Shown: positions 1 through 9,339 of the stretch, in pieces
How positions within the stretch are numbered: the stretch's first letter is position 1
How the letters are laid out: each line of letters opens with the position of its first letter
Source: Ktedonobacterales bacterium
Lineage (GTDB): Bacteria; Chloroflexota; Ktedonobacteria; Ktedonobacterales; JADMIN01
Direction of reading: 5' to 3'
DNA: 64,000 nucleotides
NCBI GenBank assembly: GCA_036378295.1
Contig: DASUWS010000232.1
Coordinates: forward strand, 10,387 to 74,386
The notes under the pieces: generated by a model
Database searches by the model: none
What the model was told of the DNA's origin: nothing
The model's input: only the letters and a program-made list of their open reading frames with translations
Position numbers and translations under genes: made by a program

Positions 1-309
1 GAGCTTCCGTCCGAGACCGTGGCCACGAGCCTCCGGAGCGACATACATGCTGATGATGTAGCCCTTGTGCCGTGACTTGATGCCACCCTCGCGCCAGAGC
101 CACACCATGCCGACCAGCCTGTCGTTGTCGTCGTAGCCGCCGAATGCCGTCTGGTCGCTGGACTGGAGTCGCGCAATCGCCATTTCTGGTGGGCGCTGGC
201 TCTCCTCTTCCCAGGAGGAGCCAAACGCCTGCGGCTCCTCACGGAGCGCCCGCAAACGTAGCGCTCTATATTCCTCGACATCATCCACGGTCAGTACACG
301 TATCTCCAC
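1..309 (-). CDS. GNAT family N-acetyltransferase (C-terminal part runs off the window edge)
   Basis: The minus-strand translation reads VEIRVLTVDDVEEYRALRLRALREEPQAFGSSWEEESQ...DRLVGMVWLWREGGIKSRHKGYIISMYVAPEARGHGLGRKL. It has the GNAT acetyl-CoA motif (ARGHGLG). A GTG at 307-309 is preceded by AGGGGAG. The ORF is absent from the ORF track because it is truncated at position 1. Confidence 0.7.
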   Translation of the reverse strand, partial: MEIRVLTVDDVEEYRALRLRALREEPQAFGSSWEEESQRPPEMAIARLQSSDQTAFGGYDDNDRLVGMVWLWREGGIKSRHKGYIISMYVAPEARGHGLGRKL

Positions 310-419
310 GAAGCCTTGCTCCCCTTCCACTAGCCCCACAGTCCCCTGCTGTATGTGTCCGTATGCATCAGTATGCGCTAGCGGATGCCGCGATGTCTAT
401 CCGAGCACTACGGCGGCAG

Positions 420-1010
420 CTACTCGTTAATCAGCGACATGAACTCGGCCCGCGTGGCCGCGCCTCGCTGAAAGACGCCGCGCATAGCGCTCGTGACGGT
501 CACGCTGCCCGGCTTGCGAATTCCCCGCATGGTCATACAGAGGTGATCTGCCTTGATAACGACGCCGACGCCCGAAGGTTCGAGCGCGGACATGATCGCA
601 TCGGCAAGCTGGCTAGAGAGTCGCTCCTGAAGCTGCGGACGGCGGGCGAGAATCTCCAGCGCGCGCGCCAGCTTGGAGAGGCCAACGACCCGGCCATTGG
701 GGATATAGCCGACATGCGCGACCCCATGGAACGGCAGGAAGTGGTGCTCGCACATGCTATAGAAGGGGATATCCTTGACGATGACCATCTCCTGATGGCC
801 TTCCTCAAAGCCTACACGCAAAACGTCCTCTGGGTTCTGGTGCAGGCCGGAAAAGACCTCAGCATACATGTCAGCTACGCGGCGTGGGGTGTCGCGCAGG
901 CCCTCGCGCTCCGGGTCTTCGCCGATTGCCAGGATAATCTCACGCACAGCGCGGCGAATGCGGGCAATATCAAACGGTTGTGGCTCTGTCTCGCGCTCCT
1001 GAAGTGCCAT
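420..1010 (-). CDS. folE: GTP cyclohydrolase I (FolE type 1)
   Basis: 196 aa with the hallmark CEHHFLPF and [15 protein letters not shown] motifs and an LSKLARALE segment. GGAG lies upstream of the ATG. Confidence 0.93.
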   Translation of the reverse strand: MALQERETEPQPFDIARIRRAVREIILAIGEDPEREGLRDTPRRVADMYAEVFSGLHQNPEDVLRVGFEEGHQEMVIVKDIPFYSMCEHHFLPFHGVAHVGYIPNGRVVGLSKLARALEILARRPQLQERLSSQLADAIMSALEPSGVGVVIKADHLCMTMRGIRKPGSVTVTSAMRGVFQRGAATRAEFMSLINE

Positions 1011-1306
1011 TTCATTGCTCCAATATCGTTATCGCCTGTTCGGGTCCACATCGCGGTAGCGGGCACCCTTCACTTTACAAATGATAGTATAGCGCCAGGT
1101 TACAGCTACACGCGATAGAGCCGCACCCAATGTCCCTCAACGTCCCTCGACGTGGGGACTAGAGTGGCCTGTATCTATGGTATACTATGAGCAATTCCGC
1201 CGCAGAGTCGCGTAGACGGATGCCCTTGCTCCCGGCGATGACGGTAGCGCGACGTTGCGCACCGAGGCCTACACTACCTTGCGCTTTTCGCGAGAGGAGG
1301 CCTAAG
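1011..1306. promoter_or_regulatory. Divergent promoter region between folE and a small zinc-ribbon ORF
   Basis: There are two TATACT -10-like hexamers, one per strand: plus strand at about 1178-1183, and minus strand as the complement of about 1085-1090. The -35 elements are weak. Confidence 0.3.
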
Positions 1307-1537
1307 ATGCGTTGTGAAGAGTGCGGACGCGTAATCGAGAACGAGGAGATGTGGCGGCTCGGCGGCGACCCCAACGCGCCGACGTCACGTTCGATGCTCC
1401 AGATGTGCTGGGAATGCCGCACCAGGGGTGTACCAGCCTATCAGCAGAAGGCACAGGCAACGCCATCCACGCTCAGCAAGACCCTGATCGCCGAGATCAA
1501 TGAGGCTGTCGGCACATTCGAGCCAGGCGCGGCATAG
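1307..1537 (+). CDS. Small zinc-ribbon (CxxC...CxxC) protein, function unknown
   Basis: The protein reads MRCEECGRVIENEEMWRLGG...MCWECRTRG, with two CxxC pairs. A strong RBS (GAGAGGAGG) lies 6 nt upstream of the ATG at 1307. The longer track ORF from 1187 lacks an RBS. Confidence 0.45.
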   Translation: MRCEECGRVIENEEMWRLGGDPNAPTSRSMLQMCWECRTRGVPAYQQKAQATPSTLSKTLIAEINEAVGTFEPGAA

Positions 1538-1768
1538 GCAACGTAGTCGGCATTATCTGTACACATGAGACGAAGAGGCGTCCCGCAGCGAGCGGGACGC
1601 CTCGTGTTATGTCGCCGTAGTCGTCGTATCACTCCGCCACGATGCCACCGTCTATAAGGATGAGTCAGCCATCGGACCAGAGCGGCCGATTGATCTCAGA
1701 CCATATGATCATTCTTGTCGAATCATGTCTCTGATGATGGCAACACAAAGGGAGTGGAAGAGGGAGCA

Positions 1769-2218
1769 ATGAAACCACTAGACGATGACTTTGCAGCGCG
1801 CGTACGGAACAGCTTTGCCCGCCAACAGGCCATGGCCCTGCTGGGTGCCCAGATGACCAAGGTCCAGGCTGGAATGACGGAGATTGTGCTGCCATTTCGC
1901 GAAGCACTGACACAACAACATGGCTTCGTGCATGCAGGAATCATCACCGCCATTGCCGATTCGGCTAGTGGCTACGCCGCCCTGAGCTTGATGCCGCCGG
2001 ATGTGGGTGTTCTGACGATTGAATTCAAGGTCAATCTGCTCAGTCCAGCGGCAGGTGAGCGTTTCGTGGCACGAGGGCAGGTGGTGAAGCCAGGGCGCAC
2101 GATCATGGTCTGCACAGGTGAGGTGATTGCCGAGCGCGGCGATGGCACCCAGCAGACGGTGGCTCTGATCCAGACGACGATGATGGTCGTGCGTGACCGT
2201 GCTGCCATCTCCGATTAG
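1769..2218 (+). CDS. PaaI-family hotdog-fold acyl-CoA thioesterase
   Basis: The translation shows QQHGFVHAGIITAIADSASGYAA, TIEFKVNLLSPA and RFVARGQVVKPGRTIMVCTGEV, typical of PaaI/YbgC-like thioesterases. The internal ATG at 1769 is preceded by GGAAGAGGGAG. Confidence 0.8.
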   Translation: MKPLDDDFAARVRNSFARQQAMALLGAQMTKVQAGMTEIVLPFREALTQQHGFVHAGIITAIADSASGYAALSLMPPDVGVLTIEFKVNLLSPAAGERFVARGQVVKPGRTIMVCTGEVIAERGDGTQQTVALIQTTMMVVRDRAAISD

Positions 2219-2297
2219 AATGCTCTATTCCCTAGGAAGTTGGAGTGACTTGTGGCAATGCACCATTGAAGCATGACCCATGACCGATATCTCCAGG

Positions 2298-2495
2298 TCA
2301 GGGCATCCCATTCCCAATGTGATGATTGCTTAAGAGCCTGGCACTGCGGCAGTGTCGATGCCAGAACAGAGCGCGCAGCGGCAAACCGCCGAACAAGAGA
2401 CGGGTGAGCATTCCTCGCCAGCCCGCTTTATGCGCATACGTGACTGTATCTCTCAGCTCGGTACCCTGATCGACCGCTTGAACACGAATGCTCAT
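2298..2495 (-). pseudogene. Possible SRPBCC (polyketide cyclase/START-like) C-terminal fragment
   Basis: The 65-aa ORF contains VDQGTELRDTVTYAHKAGWRGMLTRLLF, which resembles only the C-terminal strands and helix of SRPBCC proteins. The N-terminal roughly 100 aa are absent, and the ORF sits 24 nt after the NDH-2 stop. Confidence 0.3.
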
Positions 2496-2519
2496 GGTCC
2501 TGCCTTCAACTCCAGCGCC

Positions 2520-3968
2520 TCACGTGGCGCCCGCTGGGTGGCTTTGCAGATCTCTCGCCGCCCGAACACCATGTTTGTCCAGACGCAGCTCACTGGTTTC
2601 TCGCCCAAACAGCCCGCTGATGAGCCAGTCAAGCAGCAGCTGGATACGGTTGCGCATCCCTGGAATGCGCCAAAGATAATAGCTATGCCAGAGAAGCCAC
2701 GCTGGTAGACCAGTCAGGATGAGGGGCCCAATGCGAGCCACACCAGTCCGTGTGCCGAGCAGCGCGAGGTGGCCCAGCGGACGGAAGCGGAACGGAGGAG
2801 GCTGCTTGGGTCCAAGCCTCGCAGCGACGGCGCGACCGACGTAGATACCCATGTGCTGAGCTGCCTGAGCTGTGGGCGGGATGGGTGCATGCGTCACGCC
2901 ATCGAACGCCCAGGCGCAGTCGCCAACAGCATAGACCTCTGGATGGTCTGGCAATCGCAGGTCACCATCTACGATGACGGCGCCGTTGTGCGCGTGTTGT
3001 ACAGGTAGCTGGCGTACGATATCCGGCGCGGTAATGCCCGCTGCCCAGAAGATAGTGCGCGCGGCGATTTCACCTGCTGAGGTGTGCACACGTCGCTCAG
3101 TTGCCGCTTCGACAGTGACCCCTGTTCGCACCTCGATGCCCTCGTCCTCCAGCACACGCTGCACAGATGCCGATGTTTCTGGTGCGTCCATTGGCACTAC
3201 GCGTGGAGCATGCCCGACAAGGACGACCCTCGGCCGCTCATCCGCTAGCCAGGGATACTGCTTGAACAAGCCAGAGACCAGGTAGTCGTGGATGACCGCA
3301 GCTAGCTCAATACCGGTATCACCTGCCCCGCTGACCACAAAGGTCAGCCACTCGCGGCGCTCCTCGGGATCCTGTGCGTTGTGCGCCGCCTCGATGGCAT
3401 CGATCAACCGGTTGCGCAATTCAATAGCATCGACTGGGGCGTGAAAGACGCGTGCGTGCTCGCGTAGCCCAGGCAGATCAGGGATAGCAGTGATACTTCC
3501 AAGGGCAACGATGAGCGTATCATACGGGCGAATCCCTGCTGTCGTCGTCACCTCACGGCCCTCCAGGTCAATCCCCAGCACCGCTGCTTGCAGGACATGG
3601 AAGCCCTGGCGGCGCTGTAGCGCACGGATCGGCACCACAATGTCATTGACTCCTGAGCGGCCGTCTGCCACTGTCCAGAGCAGAGGAGAGAAGAGCAGGC
3701 TGTTATCGCGGTCGACCATCAGAATGCTCACGTTCATGCCATTCAGGCGCTTATCTAGTTCCCGCGCCACTGCCAAGCCTCCAAAGCCTGCCCCCAGAAT
3801 CAGGATGCGGTGGCGCGCATGCTCATACTGGCCTGGCGTTTCGCTCACATGCCGCTTACGCCGCAACCTCCATCTACGGACGCCAGCGAGAGCAACTAAC
3901 GCCCCCATCACGGCTGCGGCCAGAGCCCCACTTGCATATGCAAGCGAACCAATGCGTCTCCTTTGCAT
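2520..3968 (-). CDS. ndh: Type II NADH dehydrogenase / FAD-dependent pyridine nucleotide-disulfide oxidoreductase with N-terminal TM helix
   Basis: Two Rossmann dinucleotide motifs are present (RILILGAGFGGLAVAREL and FVVSGAGDTGIELAA), plus AVGDCA near the C-terminus. The start was moved to the ATG at 3968, which is preceded by GGGAGGGG. Confidence 0.85.
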   Translation of the reverse strand: MQRRRIGSLAYASGALAAAVMGALVALAGVRRWRLRRKRHVSETPGQYEHARHRILILGAGFGGLAVARELDKRLNGMNVSILMVDRDNSLLFSPLLWTVADGRSGVNDIVVPIRALQRRQGFHVLQAAVLGIDLEGREVTTTAGIRPYDTLIVALGSITAIPDLPGLREHARVFHAPVDAIELRNRLIDAIEAAHNAQDPEERREWLTFVVSGAGDTGIELAAVIHDYLVSGLFKQYPWLADERPRVVLVGHAPRVVPMDAPETSASVQRVLEDEGIEVRTGVTVEAATERRVHTSAGEIAARTIFWAAGITAPDIVRQLPVQHAHNGAVIVDGDLRLPDHPEVYAVGDCAWAFDGVTHAPIPPTAQAAQHMGIYVGRAVAARLGPKQPPPFRFRPLGHLALLGTRTGVARIGPLILTGLPAWLLWHSYYLWRIPGMRNRIQLLLDWLISGLFGRETSELRLDKHGVRAARDLQSHPAGAT

Positions 3969-4297
3969 CCAAGCCCCTCCCGTCGGTGGCAACACGAGAT
4001 GATAGCGTCTGCCCACTGGCCACCCGGATGCCTGATATAAGTGCCGTACCGTCCCAAATTAGCTCACCTCACTACAACGAGAGCCCGATTGCGGCCCACA
4101 GGCGTACGTTGTGGTGGGGGTATCTTGGTTGGCAGCCAGTTAGGCGGCTCGTGCAGCAGCGTCACATCACAGACACGATGTGCCTACCAGAGGAAACTCG
4201 CAGGACGCTCGTAGGAGGTAGCCACCGCCTATCCCCTCCCAGCTAATCTCCTGCCGATTGCAGTGCGAGGTAGTTGCTGACCTCGGCTCCGCTCAAC

Positions 4298-4714
4298 TCA
4301 TCGGCGCCACAGAAGATAGCCGATGCCGTCGACCGTGCATGGGATACAAGGAATGCCACGTCGGCGCAGTTGTAGGCGTAGGCGCTGAATTCGCTCATCA
4401 AGCAGGTTCCTGGACATGCTCAGCGTGGCTGAAAGCTCATGGTGGCCGACGATACGCCCAGCATTGCGCAGGAGTTCGACCAAGAGCCTGTGCTCGTTGT
4501 GGGGAAGGGTGAGCCGCTGCCCATTCCACAAGACGGACTTGCTGGCCTCATCGAGCGTCAGGCCACCGAAACGGATCGCGCGCTTCGGTGGCGTCACCGA
4601 GATTCGCCGTTGAACCCTCCGGAACTCCAGCCCATGCCCGCTTTGGCCGAACTCCAAGCCACGCCGAGCCGCCCCGTTAGAGCCAGTCGATTGCTCATCT
4701 ATGAGTGTGTCCAT
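4298..4714 (-). CDS. Stand-alone OmpR/PhoB-type winged-helix DNA-binding protein (no receiver domain)
   Basis: The segment RFGGLTLDEASKSVLWNGQRLTLPHNEHRLLVELLRNAGRIVGHHEL...IQRLRLQL...VDGIGYLL matches the Trans_reg_C pattern. The N-terminal about 45 aa are non-homologous. Confidence 0.65.
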   Translation of the reverse strand: MDTLIDEQSTGSNGAARRGLEFGQSGHGLEFRRVQRRISVTPPKRAIRFGGLTLDEASKSVLWNGQRLTLPHNEHRLLVELLRNAGRIVGHHELSATLSMSRNLLDERIQRLRLQLRRRGIPCIPCTVDGIGYLLWRR

Positions 4715-5245
4715 TACATCGCCTTTCCGTGTGAGACGACCATACGCGCACCATCTGTCGTTCGCAACTGCTCAGCCGAAGACTTCACGTTGCACAAGAC
4801 ATGCCATGTCTCGCTGGATGATCGTGTTGGGATAGCCGGCTGTGGCATGCATCTCGGTATATTAGGCATATGGACGCTCACGCTGGCTCGCCCACTCTAC
4901 CTGGAACATCCTAACAAGCACTCTCCATGCCTTCTGCTATGAGGGCCTCGCCTCCTCCCTCCTCTGTGCCACAGAAAGCATAAAACCTCACGCACGGCCT
5001 CCTAGAGCACCACACGCTCCTCAAGTAGACTTGCGACGGGAAGGGCCAAGTGCACAACGCCTAGCCCCATGTCAAGCGGACCACGTCAATCTCCGGCCCA
5101 AGCTCCAGCGTATCCTTCCTTCCATGCCGACAATAACAGGCATGGATGCGGAGCGACGCGATGAGCACACCTGGCACAAAGCATGCACCACGTTGATTGC
5201 CATAGCCCAACGGGAAGAAGGCCAGCCCCGGAAGGGAGAACCCGT

Positions 5246-6883
5246 ATGCCAGCGTATCCCGCCCCAACACCTCACGCCAACACCACCCACCAGCTTGCGT
5301 CGCTGACCGCTGGACACAGGGTAATTGTCGCGAGCAATCGCGGTCCGGTCGAGTTTTACTATGCGCGAGATGGCCACCTCGCAACGAAGCGCGGTGCGGG
5401 CGGCGTGGTCACTGCGCTGGCCGCCTTGGCGCGTGATGTGCCGCTCACCTGGGTCGCGACGACGATGACCGCCGCCGATCGCGAGGCGTTCTCGGAGGCA
5501 CAAGCTTCAGCCCGCACCGTGCGCATCGGCCACCAGCCCCTCCAGGTGCGCTATGTTCCTGTTCCCCCGGAGATGTATCGACGCTACTACGATGAGATCA
5601 GCAATGAAATCCTCTGGTTTCTTCAGCACTACATGTGGAACCCAATCCGGTGGCCCACCTTCACTAAGGAACACGTCCACAGCTGGGATGAGGGATACCG
5701 CTCAGTCAACGAAGCGATCGCACGCGCAATTGTGGACGTGGCGCTCTCGGGCGCCAGGCACCAGCAACCCGATCCATTGGTTCGTGCGGAGCATGCCAGC
5801 GAAGGTGGCGCAAATAGCATCGTGATGCTGCAAGATTACCAGTTGTACCTCGTCTCCGCGCTTGTGCGCGCCCGTCTTCCCCGCGCGACCATCGAGCAGT
5901 TCATCCATATTCCCTGGCCAGCGAATCGCTACTGGGAATTTCTGCCCAGTCGCTTCGTTCACGAGATCTATGAGGGACTTGCAGGGAACGATGTCCTTGG
6001 CTTCCAAACGGTCAGCGACATGCGGAACTTTCTGGTGGGCGCGCGCGCTTTCCTGGCAGGGAGCCGGGTCGACTTCGACCGTCAAACCGTGGTGTGGCGG
6101 CGCCACCGCTTGCTGGTGCGTGTCTACCCGATTCCCACTGATGCGAGCGAGATCAGGCGCACACTTCTCTTGGCACCTGCGCGTGCGGGCGCACGAGAAC
6201 TGGGCGACCTCCTTGGCGACAAGCGGCAGGTCATCATGCGGGTGGATCGGCTCGACCCAAGCAAGAATATCGTCCGTGGATTCCTGGCTTACGAAACGCT
6301 GTTGCGCCGCTGGCCCGAGTTACGCGAGCAGGTCCACTTCCTTGCGTTCCTCATCCCTTCACGCCAGAGCCTGCCGATCTACCGCGCTTACCAGCGCGAG
6401 GTGCGTGATGTGATCCGCCGCATCAACACACAGTATCGCACCGAGGACTGGCAGCCCATCGTCGCCTTCTTCGAAAACAACCGCCCGCGCGCCCTGGCAG
6501 CCATGCGCCGGTATGATGTGTTGCTCGTGAACTCCATCATCGACGGAATGAACCTGGTGGCCAAAGAAGGACCAGCGGTCAACGAACGTCATGGCGTGCT
6601 CGTGCTCTCGCGCACAGCGGGAGCATTTGAACAACTCGCTGAGGTGGCGTTGCCCATCACCCCTACAGATATTGACGAGACAGCGACCGAGCTCTACGAG
6701 GCGCTACACATGTCAGACCACGAGCGCACACGACGGGCCGAACAAGCGCAAGCGATTGTCGAGGCGGAGACTCCGGTGGATTGGATGCTCGCACAACTGC
6801 GGGATGCCCTCGCGCAGCGGCGTGCACCGTCTCGTCACCCATCACCGCGTACCAGGCAAGCGCAAGACGTTCCGGTGTCATAG
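5246..6883 (+). CDS. otsA: Alpha,alpha-trehalose-phosphate synthase (GT20)
   Basis: The translation shows VIVASNRGPVEF, GGVVTAL, ISNEILWFLQHY, LQDYQLYLV, IHIPWP, RVDRLDPSKNI and DGMNLVAKE. The ATG at 5246 is preceded by GGAAGGGAG. Confidence 0.9.
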   Translation: MPAYPAPTPHANTTHQLASLTAGHRVIVASNRGPVEFYYARDGHLATKRGAGGVVTALAALARDVPLTWVATTMTAADREAFSEAQASARTVRIGHQPLQVRYVPVPPEMYRRYYDEISNEILWFLQHYMWNPIRWPTFTKEHVHSWDEGYRSVNEAIARAIVDVALSGARHQQPDPLVRAEHASEGGANSIVMLQDYQLYLVSALVRARLPRATIEQFIHIPWPANRYWEFLPSRFVHEIYEGLAGNDVLGFQTVSDMRNFLVGARAFLAGSRVDFDRQTVVWRRHRLLVRVYPIPTDASEIRRTLLLAPARAGARELGDLLGDKRQVIMRVDRLDPSKNIVRGFLAYETLLRRWPELREQVHFLAFLIPSRQSLPIYRAYQREVRDVIRRINTQYRTEDWQPIVAFFENNRPRALAAMRRYDVLLVNSIIDGMNLVAKEGPAVNERHGVLVLSRTAGAFEQLAEVALPITPTDIDETATELYEALHMSDHERTRRAEQAQAIVEAETPVDWMLAQLRDALAQRRAPSRHPSPRTRQAQDVPVS

Positions 6884-7053
6884 TCTGTGATAGTCATTCA
6901 TGGTCGTATCCAGGTCCAGGAGAACTCTCGGAACTCCCGTACTGGGCAGGCAGGGATGGCCATGCGTCAGATTCGAGCGATGGCCCATTCGTGGTCTGCC
7001 CCGCCTACCGCTAGGTCCAGACCCACTGGAGGCCAGCCTGGAAGGGATCATAT

Positions 7054-7087
7054 CCTCTCTATTCTCATGCTCAAGAGAATAGAGAGG
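7054..7087. terminator. Perfect 13-bp hairpin between convergent otsA and the SDR gene (bidirectional terminator candidate)
   Basis: CCTCTCTATTCTC (7054-7066), an 8-nt loop, then GAGAATAGAGAGG (7075-7087). Confidence 0.55.
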
Positions 7088-7139
7088 CAGCGGCGCCACT
7101 CACATCGCTCGGGCATCAGCCAGGTGGTACGTCACTGTA

Positions 7140-7937
7140 TCACTCCGCCGCGATGCCACCATCTACGAGGAAGAGCTGGCCAGTGGCGAAGCTGGAGGCG
7201 TCGGAGGCGAGATAGAGCGCGATCCCGGCAATCTCATGCGGCTGTCCGGTGCGGCCCATCGGCGTCGCCTGCCGAATCGCATTGCCGAAATAGGGATGCT
7301 CCAGCACCCCAGCGGTCATATCGGTGGCGATGTAGCCCGGCGCGATGGCATTGACACGCACGTGATGCCTGGCCCATTCGAGCGCGAACGTGCGGGTGAG
7401 CTGCGCGACGGCAGCCTTGCTCGCGCCATAGACAGCCATGCGCGGAGTGCCCACCACCGAAGCGACCGACGCCAAAGTGATGATCGAGCCGCCGCCCTGC
7501 TCAGCCATCCGCGCGGCAATGTTGGTGCAGAGGAAGAACGTTGCCTTGACGTTGGTATCCATGATCGCGTCCCACTCGTCCTCGGTGACTTCGGTGCTGC
7601 GCTTCCAGATGGGGCTGATACCCGCATTGCTGACCAGCACATCAACGCGATCAAAGGCGTGGTAGACCTGCTCAATCGCCTGTCGCATCTCATCCAGCTT
7701 CACCAGATCAGCCGTCACCGTGATCGCTCGCCGTCCGCGTGCGCGCACCTCATCCGCCACCTGCTCCAGCCGTTCCGCCGAGCGCGACACCAACGCCACA
7801 TCCGCGCCCGCATCAGCCAGTGCCAGGGCGATCACTCGCCCCAGCCCACGGCTCGCACCCGTCACCATCGCACGTCGCCCGGCCAGCGAAAACTGGTCAA
7901 AGACGCTCGGAATCTTCTCAGGTGTGTCCTCAGCCAT
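7140..7937 (-). CDS. Short-chain dehydrogenase/reductase (SDR) family oxidoreductase
   Basis: Present are the TGASRGLG cofactor motif, NAG, the catalytic YGASKAAV (YxxxK) and the C-terminal LFLVDGG. Confidence 0.9.
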   Translation of the reverse strand: MAEDTPEKIPSVFDQFSLAGRRAMVTGASRGLGRVIALALADAGADVALVSRSAERLEQVADEVRARGRRAITVTADLVKLDEMRQAIEQVYHAFDRVDVLVSNAGISPIWKRSTEVTEDEWDAIMDTNVKATFFLCTNIAARMAEQGGGSIITLASVASVVGTPRMAVYGASKAAVAQLTRTFALEWARHHVRVNAIAPGYIATDMTAGVLEHPYFGNAIRQATPMGRTGQPHEIAGIALYLASDASSFATGQLFLVDGGIAAE

Positions 7938-8002
7938 CGCAGATGCCTCCCTCCTTCGCCTGGCTCCTCGCGCACTGTTCCCGCATGCACTCCGGTCCGG
8001 TG

Positions 8003-9187
8003 CTATCCCTCGATACTGCGCACATGCTCCGGGTTGCGGACGGTCATGATCTCATAGCCATCAGCCGTGACGAGCACCATATCTTCCAGCCGCACGCCGC
8101 CCCAGCCGGGAATATAGATGCCTGGTTCGTTGCTAATGACGCTATTCGGCTCCAGTTGCTCGATCTTGGCCATCTCAGCGTCGGCTTCTGGCGTCTGCAC
8201 CCGTAGCCGCCCGGTAACAGGCAGCTCGTGAACCGCCAACCCGATGCCATGGCCCAGGCTATGGAAATACTGCTCGCCGTAGCCCGCTTCTTCGATGACC
8301 GCGCGTGCCGCCGCATCCACATCGCGCCCGCGCCGCACGCCATCCTGCAGCGCCTTGAAGCCCGCGTCCTGCGCCGCTCGGACGATCGCGTACAGTTCCT
8401 CCAGCTTCGGGTCAGGCTCCCCGATACAGAAGGTGCGCGTGGTATCCGAGCAGTAGCCATCCACACGGCAGCCAAAGTCAATCAGCAGTGGCTCGCCAGC
8501 GCGCACAGGGCGGTCAGTGGGGACGGCGTGTGGCTGCGCGGCGCCCGGACCGCACGCGACGATGGTCGGGAAGCTTGGGCCGCTCGCGCCTAGCTCGATC
8601 ATGTGCTGTTCCAGCAGCGTAGCGATCTCGCGCTCGGTCATGCCGACTTTGATCTCGGCCAACAACTGCTCGAAGGCGTCGTTGGCGATATCGGCGGCGC
8701 GGCGCATCGTCGCAATCTCCGCTTCATCTTTCATCGCGCGCACCAACTCGACCAGATCATCCGAAGGAATCAACTCGGCATCCGCGCCAAGCTCCTTCTG
8801 CACCCGGCTGTAGCGGTCGTAGGAGATCCACTCTTTTTCGAAGCCGAGACGATGTATGCCATCCGCCCGCACCGTGCTGGCGACCACGCTCCACGGCTGC
8901 GCCTTATCAGTCGAAAGCACCTGCACGCCGCTCGGCACGATCTCATCCTCGACGCCGCTCAACTGAAACGTGCCCGCAACCAGACCGAAGGTGTGAGGTG
9001 TGACCAGCACCCAGCCCGACGATTCGGTAATGTCGGTGTCGTGGGCGGTAAAGCCCGTCAGGTAGCGCCGGTTATACTGGCTCGTAATGAGCAGGCCATC
9101 CAGCCCCGCCTGTGCAATCGCCGCGCGCGTCCGCGCCAGCCGCCGTCCGTAGTCTGCCTCAGCCATGGGGTATGTTGTCCTCTCCAT
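8003..9187 (-). CDS. M24B family Xaa-Pro aminopeptidase/dipeptidase
   Basis: The Creatinase_N-like N-terminus reads RLARTRAAIAQAGLDGLLITSQYNRRYLTGF. The M24 metal ligands are in LIDFGCRVDGYCSDTTRT, HSLGHGIGLAVHE, NEPGIY and VRLEDMV. The first 148 codons of the track ORF overlap the next gene and were dropped. The ATG at 9187 is used; 9166 is an alternative. Confidence 0.88.
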   Translation of the reverse strand: MERTTYPMAEADYGRRLARTRAAIAQAGLDGLLITSQYNRRYLTGFTAHDTDITESSGWVLVTPHTFGLVAGTFQLSGVEDEIVPSGVQVLSTDKAQPWSVVASTVRADGIHRLGFEKEWISYDRYSRVQKELGADAELIPSDDLVELVRAMKDEAEIATMRRAADIANDAFEQLLAEIKVGMTEREIATLLEQHMIELGASGPSFPTIVACGPGAAQPHAVPTDRPVRAGEPLLIDFGCRVDGYCSDTTRTFCIGEPDPKLEELYAIVRAAQDAGFKALQDGVRRGRDVDAAARAVIEEAGYGEQYFHSLGHGIGLAVHELPVTGRLRVQTPEADAEMAKIEQLEPNSVISNEPGIYIPGWGGVRLEDMVLVTADGYEIMTVRNPEHVRSIEG

Positions 9188-9339
9188 CTGTGGGATTTCC
9201 GGGATGCATCCAGCATACATCAGCCGTGAGGCTGTTATCTGTATGACATGAGTATGACATGCCTCGGCCATTGTATACCAGCCAGCGATGCGGCACATGG
9301 CTTCTCGCGCCCTGAAAAGCTTCCGCCCGGCAAGTCGCA

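Noticed and set aside
1011-1100. A possible folE-associated riboswitch (THF-type), because of the helix CGCGUGUAGC ... GCUACCGCG upstream of folE.
   Set aside because: The best -10 element (TATACT) lies inside the putative helix, so the 5' arm would not be transcribed. I can recognise no THF-I or THF-II consensus.
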